A stretch of DNA of 64,000 nt, taken from the NCBI GenBank assembly GCA_965219095.1, contig CBDCMT010000001.1, positions 1,952,001 to 2,016,000 on the forward strand, written 5' to 3'. The stretch is from Bdellovibrionales bacterium. GTDB taxonomy: Bacteria; Bdellovibrionota; Bdellovibrionia; Bdellovibrionales; UBA1609. Shown here one piece after another: positions 20,275 through 29,355 of the stretch (position 1 is the stretch's first letter; each line of letters starts with the position of its first letter). The translations under genes were made by a program, and so were the position numbers. The notes under the pieces are model-generated. The model saw only the letters and a program-made list of their open reading frames with translations, made no database searches and was not told where the DNA came from.

Positions 20275-20958
20275 TTCAGGATCTTGTTGATAAAGAAAAA
20301 GCCCTGAAAGACTTCCTAAAATATCTTTTTTCAAAAGAAGGCTTATAAAGGGAATTAAAAGAAGTCCTGTAGCTAAATTTAATAAGGTTCTCCAAATTAC
20401 TAAAAGTAGGAAAAGAGAGGATTTTTTCTGTTTGTGGGTTCCTAGAGACAAAGATTGTTGTGCCTCTCCTACAGTCATTCCAAAGTAACAACGAGAAAAG
20501 AAAGCATAAATCTGAAAAAAAATAGTGAATATGAATGCAAAATGAAGGATTGAGGAGGTAGTAAAAAGAGAATGAACTGCTTGACTTCCTAAGCCTAAGG
20601 CTGTGGATAAGATTAAAGCAGAAAATATCATGGCCACAAAGGCTGTATCAAGGAGAAAACTTACAAAAGCAAAGCCTTGAAAGATGTAATCTCCTTCTAC
20701 GGTTAGGTGAGTCTGAGCCTGCGTTTCAGTAAAATTTGCATGGTTTCTAAGCTTTTTTTCCTCATCTCGTATTTTTGTAGGAGAACTAGGAAACTTGAGA
20801 TTTTCTTTTGCTTGAGGTGCATTTTTAGGAAGATAGGCTTCCAATTCTTTTTCAAGAGGCCTGATCTTTTCCAGTTCTTTTTTAAAAGCTTCCTTATCCT
20901 CTGTTTCTCCAGAAAACCCCACTCCTTCAGATAAGACTTTAAAGGTTTCAATATCCAT
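20263..20958 (-). CDS. RDD-family membrane protein
   Basis: S.LLD..FV, three TM segments, GMTVGE, WR..L, D..SG. Confidence 0.6.
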   Translation of the reverse strand: MDIETFKVLSEGVGFSGETEDKEAFKKELEKIRPLEKELEAYLPKNAPQAKENLKFPSSPTKIRDEEKKLRNHANFTETQAQTHLTVEGDYIFQGFAFVSFLLDTAFVAMIFSALILSTALGLGSQAVHSLFTTSSILHFAFIFTIFFQIYAFFSRCYFGMTVGEAQQSLSLGTHKQKKSSLFLLLVIWRTLLNLATGLLLIPFISLLLKKDILGSLSGLFLYQQDPELKS

Positions 20959-20959
20959 A

Positions 20960-21717
20960 TTACCCCCTCTCCAAGAAATATTTTATGATGCTAATAGCTG
21001 AAATGCAAGCTGTTTCCACTTTGAGTATTTGAGAGCCTAGGGTGACAGATTTTAGGCCTTCTTGGAGAAGAGCTTTAAATTCTTTTTTTGGAAAACCCCC
21101 TTCACTTCCTATAAAAATCCACAAGCTATCGTAATCAGAAAAGCTCCTTTGAGATAGAATGTAAAGAGTTTCTCCTCCCTCATGTTCATAAAAAAGCCCT
21201 AAGCTGTTTTCTTGAGCTTTGTACCTCATCATAAGTTCTCCTAGAGTTTCAAGTGAAGAAAGGTGGAGAATTTCTCCTCTCGCACTTTGTTGACAGGAAG
21301 GGAGGATTTGTTTTTGCCACCTTGTTTGTCTTTGGAACTCAGCTTATTTTTTGATTTAAAAAAACTTCTTTCTGATAGGAAGGGATGTAAGGAATGAACA
21401 TCTAATTCTACTGATCTTTCTAAAATGGCTTCAAAAGTAGAAAGCTTAGGAAGGGAGATGGCTAAATGAATCCATGGTTTTTGAAGTGGAGGTAGGGGTC
21501 TTTTTTCAATAACTTTTGTCCTAGCTTTGTTACTTTGAATGTCTGTGATTTCTACAAGAAGCACTGTAGGTTTTCCATAAAAAAGCTCAGTCTTCTGTTT
21601 TTTTTGAAGACGACATACATGAAAAATATGGTGAAAAGTGTCTCCTTCTAAAAGAACTTTTGAATTAAGAACTTTTGAATTTTTAATGTTATGGGGTGAA
21701 ACCCAGAATCGTCTCAT
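20960..21717 (-). pseudogene. rsmE: 16S rRNA m3U1498 methyltransferase RsmE with one frameshift near 21330
   Basis: MRRF..., HHIFHVCRL, ILERSVELDV; the shifted frame gives RWQKQILPSCQQSARG and then FIGSEGGF...LGSQILKVETA. Confidence 0.85.
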
Positions 21718-22224
21718 TTAACAGTTAAGTTCTCTATGAGACCGTAAGGAATCTTTTATTTGTTCTGTTTGATTCATAGTTAGACGTTTTTTCAAGTAAT
21801 TGAAAATAGGCTCAGACAAACTTAAGCGGGGGTTAGGAAGAACAACTTGACATCCTAGGCGATTTCTTGAGTTAAGGAGGATGGGGCATCTTAGGTTAGC
21901 TGTAAGCTGTTTGAGTTCACTAATGAGGGTAATCACACAAAGCACTTGTGGTTTTTCTTGTATTTTCTGCAATTGCATAAGTTGCCTTTCTTTTTCAGAG
22001 ATTTTAATTTCAAGTTGATGCCCAAAGAGTTCAGGCTCCAAAAGACAAAGAGAAAAGTTAGGATCCTCAGTTGACTGAAGCCACAAAAAAAGTTCATTTT
22101 TAGGATCATCAATGAAAACAAAATGCTTTAAATGTAGCGGAAAACCCGATATTCCTTTAGGAAACAAGTAGATGTCGTCTTTTATAACTTCCACACAGCC
22201 AAAATGACTCGTTTGGACTTTCAT
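21718..22224 (-). CDS. fliW: Flagellar assembly factor FliW
   Basis: T.HFG.VEV....I..FPKGI.GF, FLWLQS.EDP, TANLRCPILLN...RLGCQVVL. Confidence 0.88.
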   Translation of the reverse strand: MKVQTSHFGCVEVIKDDIYLFPKGISGFPLHLKHFVFIDDPKNELFLWLQSTEDPNFSLCLLEPELFGHQLEIKISEKERQLMQLQKIQEKPQVLCVITLISELKQLTANLRCPILLNSRNRLGCQVVLPNPRLSLSEPIFNYLKKRLTMNQTEQIKDSLRSHRELNC

Positions 22225-22398
22225 AAACTTCTCTCCCCCCTTTCTTTAATTGAAATCTTCCTAAAGCTTGCCTTGATTGGCAAGCTTTTCTTACGCAGTG
22301 CAGAACACAACAAAAAAAGATGAGAGCAAAACATAGGCTACTTTTATGAGTTTTTAGATTTCTCAAAGTTACATAAAAATGCCGAATTAATTTCTAGA

Positions 22399-22965
22399 AA
22401 ATCTATAGACTTCATCAGGATGAGAGTAGTAGGCAGGATGCTCAGGGAAATCATACTCTCGATAATGACTTGTTTCGCCGTTTAAAAAACATGTTATCCT
22501 GAACTCTTTAGTGTATTCTGTGATATGTAATCCCGGAGCAGAAGTATGCTCGCCTCTTCTATAGATCACTTCATTTTCATCAGGATCACACCACGATGCA
22601 TTTGAAAGAGATGGCCTGTCATCTGGCTTGGTCTCTTCTTGCCCTTCTGATCCAATACGACTTATGTTGTTTTCTAGTATATTTAAATCTATAGACTTCA
22701 TCAGGATGAGGGTAGTGGTAGGCACCAGGATGCTCAGGGAAATCATACTCTCGATAATGACTTGTTTCGCCGTTTAAAAAACATGTTATCCTGAACTCTT
22801 TAGTGTATTCTGTGATATGTAATCCCGGAGCAGAAGTATGCTCGCCTCTTCTATAGATCACTTCATTTTCATCAGGATCACACCACGATGCATTTAAAAG
22901 AGATGGCCTGTCATCTGGCTTGGTCTCTTCTTGTCCTTCTGATCCAATACGACTTATGTTGTTTT
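22399..22965. repeat. Tandem duplication, about 290-bp unit, two near-identical copies
   Basis: Offsets of 292 and 286 bp on either side of 6 bp of indels; both copies encode ENNISRIG...HPDEVYRF. Confidence 0.9.
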
Positions 22966-23023
22966 CAGCACAAGAGATCATAGCTATAAAAAGCCCTATT
23001 GATAAAAAGTGTTTTGTGTTCAT
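22619..23023 (-). CDS. Lipoprotein of unknown function; its mature domain is duplicated downstream out of frame
   Basis: Lipobox AMISC; the second copy of the domain spans 22387-22673. Confidence 0.65.
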   Translation of the reverse strand: MNTKHFLSIGLFIAMISCAENNISRIGSEGQEETKPDDRPSLLNASWCDPDENEVIYRRGEHTSAPGLHITEYTKEFRITCFLNGETSHYREYDFPEHPGAYHYPHPDEVYRFKYTRKQHKSYWIRRARRDQAR

Positions 23024-23111
23024 ATAACTTAACCTTTCTTATAAAGGTATCGACAAGTTTTCAATGAAACTTAAGAAAAACAAAAGGCTGTGATAAAAAC
23101 TAGACTTTTAA

Positions 23112-23334
23112 AGGACTTTGTTATACCAATTACAGAAATTAATTCGACGGTAAATCAAAAAGACAGGTCACTGGTTTAAGCCATGATAGTGACCCTAAAG
23201 TACTTGCAGAAGGAGGTGGTTTTCGAGACAAATTCTAAACCCTTTAGCTGTCCTGTTTTTTAAGTCCTCAAAGGGTGTTTCCCCTTTTTTTCGATTAAGC
23301 CTGTATTTTTGTGAAGGCTTACTCGAAAAAAAGG
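23112..23334 (+). ncRNA. Candidate IS110 bridge/seek RNA in the non-coding left end
   Basis: Nested complementary segments and a long hairpin directly upstream of the IS110 recombinase; not folded computationally. Confidence 0.45.
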
Positions 23335-23410
23335 AAAAAGCAAAAACAAAGATGTAAAATAGGATTTCAAGACTTTATTTATAAATAAACCAACAAAGGA
23401 GGAAAATAAA

Positions 23411-24232
23411 ATGTATGATCACTATATAGCCGTAGATTGGGCACAAAGTAACATGGCCATTGCAAGGATGACAGGCAAATCAAAAGATATTAAGACTATG
23501 GACACGATTTCAGATCTTGGAAATCTTCGTGCCTATTTAAAAACTCTGAAAGGTAAGAAGATATTGACTATCGAAGAGACTACAACTTCGATAGTGGTTG
23601 TATTCAGAATTAAAGGATAGTGTTGATGAGCTCATAGTCTGTGATCCTCTTCGGAACAAACTTTTAAGTGAAGGGGCTAAAACTGATAAAATTGATGCTG
23701 AAAAACTTGTTTTATTGTTACGCTCTGGCCTTTTGAAACCAGTTTTTCACTCAGGTGATGAATTCATTTACCTTCGTAAGATTGTCAGTGGGTATGAAGA
23801 TGTGGTTAAAAGAGGAGTTCGTGTTAAAAACCAAAGATCAGCTCTGTTTCGAGCTTCCCACCTTGATGCTAAGAAGCAGACTCAATTAAAACGGGCGGAA
23901 GAGATATATTTGTTCTAGAAGGCTTAGATAAAGCTATCAGTTCTTATGGGGAGGAGAAAGCACGTTATGAAGCAGAGTTTAAGAGGCTAAGTAAAAAACA
24001 CAAAGATATTAGAAATCTTAATAGCATTCCAGGAATTGGTTCTATCAAGGCTATCAAGATTGTAGCCAGGGTTGTAGTGCCTCACCGATTTAAACGTAAT
24101 TCCTGGTGGAGTGGACTGCGGACTTGTAAAGATACATAAAATGAGTGGTGGAAGGTCTTATGGAACTAAGAAGTCTAGGTTTTGCCCACAAATGAAAAGT
24201 GTTTTTAAGACAGCTGCACTCTCAGTTATATG
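23411..24232 (+). pseudogene. IS110-family recombinase/transposase, frameshifted and truncated
   Basis: YIAVDWA, IEET, KTDKIDAEKL (DEDD RuvC), SIPGIG, CGL...KMSGG. Confidence 0.85.
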
Positions 24233-24402
24233 AGGTGAGGATAGATAGCTTAATTAGAGTGATATTTATAAAAAATTCATTTCGACGAATAGCACATCCT
24301 CTATTCCTGAAATTTACTATAATCTAAGGTTTTAAATCTTTGGAATTCATGATTTAAAACTAAAAAAGGTTCAGATAGACGCATATAGGAATATGTTTTT
24401 TT

Positions 24403-25921
24403 GGCTCCTCCCGGGAATCTGTGGGTAAAAAGTAGTAGAAATCCCCCAAAAGAGCTCATATTAATCAAAGTAAGAGTAAGACATTCTATCTTGTATTTTT
24501 GAGTTCTTTGAGGCCCTTACTGGCCTCTATCACCTCCGGTGATTGAACTCAAAAACATTCATTTTATTTGCTTTTATTTGCTGTGTTACATTAAAATTTT
24601 AAAAAAGAAGCACCTACTTCCCAGATGCCTTAAAATGTTATTCAAAAAAAAAAAAAGGAGGGAAGAGATGCTTTTGAAGACTATACTAAATGATTGTTTA
24701 AGATGGAAGTCTTTTGTGTACGAAGACATTTATTTTTCAAAAGATAGAAAGTCAATTAATGTTCCTATTAAGGCTCGTAAAAATGGCCAAGCTTTTTGTA
24801 GTGTTTGTAAGAAGCCCTGTTCAGTGTATGACAGCAGTAAATCATCACGGGACTTTGAATCCCTTCCTATTTTAAGTTACAGGGTGTTCTTTGTTTATGC
24901 TGTAAGAAGAGTCAATTGTCCTTGCTGTGGGGTAAAAGTTGAACATTTACCTTGGGCCGATGGTAAGAAGAGTTTAACGATCTTTTACATGAAGTACTTA
25001 GCAGACTGGTGTCGTCACCTGTCTTGGAAAGAGGTTTCTTGTAAGTTTCATGTCAGTTGGAATCAGGTCTATGCTTCGGTAGAATGGGTCGTAGAATATG
25101 GTTTAAAACAAAGGGTTTTAAAGGGAATACAAGCTATAGGTGTAGATGAAATACAATGGAAAAAGAACCATCAGTATCTCACCTTAGTCTATGAAATAAG
25201 CAAAACCCGTGTACGCTTGTTGTGGATAGGAGAAAAAAGAACAGAAAAGAGTTTTAGAAAATTCTTTGATTTACTAGGAGAGAAGTCAAAAGATATACGG
25301 TTTGTGTGTTCTGATATGTGGAAGCCTTATTTAAAAGTCATAAAGGAGAGGGCAAGTGGAGCTTTACACATATTAGATCGGTTTCATATCGTAGCAAGAC
25401 TCAATAAGGCTTTAGACGAAGTGAGAGCTTCAGAACACAAAAAAATGAAAGAAGACGGGTATGAACCCCTTTTAACAAAAGCTAGATGGCCCTTGTTAAA
25501 AAATGCAGAAAATTTAAAATCTTATGAAAAAGTAAAATTAAGGCATTTAATACAGTACAATTTAAAAAGTATCCGCTGTTATTTTTTAAAAGAAGACTTC
25601 CGACAGTTATGGACCTATGTTTCACCAACTTGGGCTGGTAAATTTATAGACAGTTGGACGAGACGAGTCATGCTTTCAAAAATTGAACCTATGAAAAGAA
25701 AAGCAAAAACCATACAAAGACATAAGCTACTTATTCTTAATTACTTCAAGGCTAAAAAAGCCTTCTCCTCAGGGATTGTAGAGGGTTTAAACAACAAAGT
25801 AAAACTCACTATGAGAAAATCTTACGGCTTTAGAACCTCTAAAGCTATAAAAATCGCCTTATATCATAACCTTGGAAAACTGCCAGAACCTCCGGGAACC
25901 CACAGATTCTTTTGAGGAGGC
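24403..25921 (+). mobile_element. ISL3-family insertion sequence, copy 2 (1519 bp)
   Basis: Same IRL/IRR as copy 1, near-identical sequence; clips the 3' end of IS3 orfB. Confidence 0.92.
24668..25915 (+). CDS. ISL3-family transposase
   Basis: Near-identical to 1766-3013; start placed after SD ggaggg. Confidence 0.93.
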   Translation: MLLKTILNDCLRWKSFVYEDIYFSKDRKSINVPIKARKNGQAFCSVCKKPCSVYDSSKSSRDFESLPILSYRVFFVYAVRRVNCPCCGVKVEHLPWADGKKSLTIFYMKYLADWCRHLSWKEVSCKFHVSWNQVYASVEWVVEYGLKQRVLKGIQAIGVDEIQWKKNHQYLTLVYEISKTRVRLLWIGEKRTEKSFRKFFDLLGEKSKDIRFVCSDMWKPYLKVIKERASGALHILDRFHIVARLNKALDEVRASEHKKMKEDGYEPLLTKARWPLLKNAENLKSYEKVKLRHLIQYNLKSIRCYFLKEDFRQLWTYVSPTWAGKFIDSWTRRVMLSKIEPMKRKAKTIQRHKLLILNYFKAKKAFSSGIVEGLNNKVKLTMRKSYGFRTSKAIKIALYHNLGKLPEPPGTHRFF

Positions 25922-26761
25922 AAATTCTTTTGGGCTCATGTATTTCAAGGAAGAATGCATTCTTACCTTGTTATACCAATCCATGTAAATTGCAATTTTT
26001 TTTTCCAACTCTTCCTTTGTTGTACAGTCTTTGTATTCCAGTTCATCTTTCAACGTATGGAAAAAGCTCTCCACAAACGCATTATCATAACAATTTCCTT
26101 TCCTAGACATAGATTGCTTGAGGCCAAAGAATTTCAATTCTTTTCTAAACCCTTCACAACAATATTGAACCCCTTGATCCGAGTGGATTATCAAGCCCTC
26201 TAAGTTCCCAGAAACAGATTGGACTGCGGCTCTCAGAGCCTGTTTTGAATGAACCCCGTCCAAGCTCTCACAGAGCTTCCAAGACTTAATCTCTCGATTA
26301 TAGACATCTAAAAATACAACCAAATACAGAAATTTATCTCTAAAAGGAATATAGGTTAAATCCGAACACCATACCTGGTTTTCTTTTCCTGCTTGGCTCT
26401 GTCCTGTCTTAAACAACCGAGGAGACTTAATCATGAGAGGGTTATTCTTTGTTGTTCTAGGAACATAGGGTTTTTTCTGACGGGCACTGAGATTCTTTAG
26501 TTTCATAATTCGAGCTACTTTGTTTTCTCCAGCACTCACTCCGCAACGCTTTAATTCCCTATACACCCTGGGGGAACCATAACAGCCTTTATTTTTTTTA
26601 AAAATAGATTCTATGTTTTTCTCCAGATTTTTATCCTTTTCAAGCTTTCCCCTGGTTTTTAAAAAACTATAAAAACCAGAACGAGATCCTCTTAATAATT
26701 CGCAAATGCGAAGCACTGGATGCCCTTTCTCTTTTACATAAAACATAGCCTTAAATCTCAT
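25859..26761 (-). CDS. IS3-family OrfB (DDE integrase core); last residues read into ISL3
   Basis: YGSPRV, WCSDLTYI, HSDQGVQY, SRKGNCYDNAFVESFF, YNKVRMHSSL.YMSP. Confidence 0.9.
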   Translation of the reverse strand: MRFKAMFYVKEKGHPVLRICELLRGSRSGFYSFLKTRGKLEKDKNLEKNIESIFKKNKGCYGSPRVYRELKRCGVSAGENKVARIMKLKNLSARQKKPYVPRTTKNNPLMIKSPRLFKTGQSQAGKENQVWCSDLTYIPFRDKFLYLVVFLDVYNREIKSWKLCESLDGVHSKQALRAAVQSVSGNLEGLIIHSDQGVQYCCEGFRKELKFFGLKQSMSRKGNCYDNAFVESFFHTLKDELEYKDCTTKEELEKKIAIYMDWYNKVRMHSSLKYMSPKEFASSKESVGSRRFWQFSKVMI

Positions 26762-27116
26762 TTCAGGATTTCCTTTGAAAAAAAAGCCGCTGCCTCTTTC
26801 AATATACCTACACTCCGCCTCTCATAGACCAGCTCCTTTTTTAACCTCTTTATTTCCTCCAATGCCGAAGCCAAGTCATGGGAAGCTTGTCTTTCTACTT
26901 CAGGCTTTAGAAAACGCTTCCAAGAGCTTATCACTTGGAAATTTCTCAGTCCTAGCTTCTCTGAGGCTTCCTTTGCACCTATTTCCTCTGCCAATTCAAT
27001 GGCTTGCTTTTTAAACTCTTCCGAGTACTGTTTTACTTTTTCCATTCTTTCTTTTACCTCCATTTTATGGAGACTTTAAGAGAAAATTGACTGTCCGCAA
27101 AAACAGGGGAAGTTCA
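25922..27116 (-). mobile_element. IS3-family element, right end replaced by ISL3
   Basis: IRL tgaacttcccctgtttttgcggacag (27116 to 27091); orfA/orfB organisation. Confidence 0.9.
26758..27063 (-). CDS. IS3-family OrfA
   Basis: YSEEFKKQAIEL HTH, EIKRLKKEL...ILKEAAAFFS; ATGA overlap with orfB. Confidence 0.88.
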   Translation of the reverse strand: MEVKERMEKVKQYSEEFKKQAIELAEEIGAKEASEKLGLRNFQVISSWKRFLKPEVERQASHDLASALEEIKRLKKELVYERRSVGILKEAAAFFSKEILK

Positions 27117-27617
27117 AAACACATTATAACCCGAGTTTCGACTTTTTTCAGCTCTAAAGGCTAGCTGATATAAACAAACATCTCAGTTCTTTGTAAGATG
27201 TCTTGAAGAAGCAACTTACAAGGAAAAAACAACTTGAGAGTTATAAAAAAACATACAAGGAGGTCTAAGATGTTTAATTCTAATTCTAATTCTAATTCTA
27301 ATTATATCATATCAATTTATGTTCTTGTCGATGATTTTTTAACCCCTCTCATACAGCAGCACCCAGAACTGGTTCCCAAAAATAAAGGAGGTTTTTCTTG
27401 TGCTATGTCTCCCAACGAAATTGTCACTCTTTATCTTACTTTTCCAAAGTTCTGGCTTTAGGAATTTTAAAGCCTTTTATCAGTTTGCAGAAGTCTATCT
27501 TAAACCTTATTTTCCTAAAATGTTGTCTTACTCCCGATTTGTGAACATCAAAAAAGACATGGCTAAAGACATGGCTTTTTTGATGTTTCTTTTCTCGACA
27601 AGCCTTATGAGTAAAAC

Positions 27618-27688
27618 GTAAGTCGGTTTCTTAACAGCCCTTGACATCCTCCTCGTAGGAGTCAAGGGCTGTTAAGAAATCGACTTAC
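27618..27688. mobile_element. 71-bp MITE (IS66-type GTAA...TTAC ends)
   Basis: 28-bp arms (27/28 match) around a 15-bp core. Confidence 0.85.
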
Positions 27689-27809
27689 GAAAAAAACAAT
27701 GAAGTTTTAAAAACTATCTGTCTGAAAGGCCAGCTTTTTGATTGTAAGTATGAGCATTAAAAAATCTTTATTTTTAGCTCTCTTTTACATGTTAAAATAG
27801 AACTTAAGT

Positions 27810-28887
27810 ATGAGGTTTTTGATTCTTTTTTTTCTTATCTTTCTTCCCATCCTCTTAGAGGCTTGTGATGAAGAAAATCCCTTTTCAAAACTTAATCCCA
27901 TAGCAATTCTTTTTTGCCCTCACCCACCTTGTCATTTTTTTTAAGGCCCCTGTTGATAAAAGCATCAGAAATGCAACTGTAAGAGTAGAAACAACAGTCA
28001 TTTGTTCAGGACTTGTTATAAGACTTAAAAGAGGAGCAAAAAAATGTAAAGACCCTCTTCTTCTTACAGCAGGTCATTGTGTAGCACCTAGTAAAGATTA
28101 TAAAGTTATTACGGTTTATAATCATAACGGTGATTTTGATATTCCAAGAAAGAATATCTTTTCTCTTTAAAAAAAATGTCTTAAACCTCACAACTGTCTT
28201 GTAAGTCCTGGTTATGTTCTGGATGATGAACTTCATTATTCAGGAGTGGATCAAGCCCTGATTCCTATGCCTAAACGATACCGCAAAAAAGGCAATATCC
28301 CTGCTTTTGAGATCGATATAGAAAGGGTAGCAAACAAAGAAGACTTAGATTCCTGCTTTAAAGACCCCTATCTTCAAGCAAGAATTACTTCAGTTTTAAC
28401 AAAATCTCATTTAAAAAAGATGAAAAAAAATGAACTAAAAGCTATAAAAGATTACATACAAAGCCATACTTGCCACAATCTTAGTTGGATGAAAATACGA
28501 AGAAATGAAGGAGTGATCAAAAGGAGCCTAGGCCATAGATGTCCTGGTTTATATGGCATGTCGGGGTCTTTTATGAATTTTGAGTGTCATAACAAGAAAG
28601 CTCTTTTTGTTCATAAGGGACATCTCTTCATAGCTGCTAGTGATGAAGTTTACAACAGAGCAAAGGCAGGTGAGATCATTTACTCTTCTGAATATGAAAG
28701 AAAGGAATCTTTTAAAAACACAGCCATTTATATTGAACCTGAGCTTCTTGAATTTTATTTTAACAACTACTGTGATTCTAATGTGGCTTATCAAAAAGAA
28801 AAGACTCCTCCCGGGAACCCACAGATTCTTTTGAGGAGGCAAAAAATATTGACCTATGAATTTTCAAAGTCTTATACAGACATTTAA
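27810..28887 (+). pseudogene. Trypsin-like (S1) serine protease, probable lipoprotein; one frameshift, one nonsense codon, 3' end hit by an ISL3 micro-element
   Basis: Signal MRFLILFFLIFLPILLEAC; then CSGLVI...LLTAGHCV (His 28075-28077), GVDQALI (Asp), GMSGS (Ser 28561-28563). Frameshift in T8 at 27935-27942; TAA at 28168-28170. Confidence 0.8.
28803..28840 (+). mobile_element. 38-bp ISL3-derived micro-element (IRL tip fused to IRR)
   Basis: gactcctcccgggaacccacagattcttttgaggaggc. Confidence 0.8.
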
Positions 28888-29355
28888 AAAATACCAGTCA
28901 TAAGATTTTAAACGCTTTGGGAAGATGTTAGGAAATAAAATGAGAAAAAGAAGAAAAGTTTCCTCAGTAGAAGTCAAGGGCTGTTAAGAAACCGACTTAC
29001 AGTAAAACCACCGGCATATCATTTATTGATTCCACATCGATTTTTCTTCAAAAATAAAAGAATAGGACGAAATAAGGTGTTCTAAAAGTTAGCTAAAAAG
29101 AGGCAAAAGTAGTATGGACTGGTTCTTCGGATTTAAACTCCATATTGTTATCAATCACCTAGGAGAACTTTTAAGTTTTACCTTAACTCCGGGAAATGTA
29201 GATGATCGAAAGCTAAGTTATGAATTTATAGTAAAGGGCTGATGGGAAAACTCTTTGGGGACAGAGGTTATATTTCATCAGACCTTTTCAAAAAGCTTTT
29301 AAAGAAGGGAGTTAAGCTTATTACAAACGTCAAATTAAATATGAAGAATAAATTG

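Larger units (their letters stand above)
27618..29000. mobile_element. Non-autonomous composite element with IS66-type MITE ends and a cargo gene
   Basis: 28-bp perfect terminal inverted repeats gtaagtcggtttcttaacagcccttgac; 8-bp direct repeat agtaaaac at 27610-27617 and 29001-29008; no transposase inside. Confidence 0.88.

Noticed and set aside
24539..24667. 43-aa N-terminal extension of ISL3 transposase copy 2
   Set aside because: In frame only because of the A13 run; the SD sits before ATG 24668 and the other copies lack the extension.
28168..28170. Stop-codon recoding or an alternative genetic code
   Set aside because: Housekeeping genes end normally in TAA, TAG and TGA; in-frame stops occur only in decayed genes.
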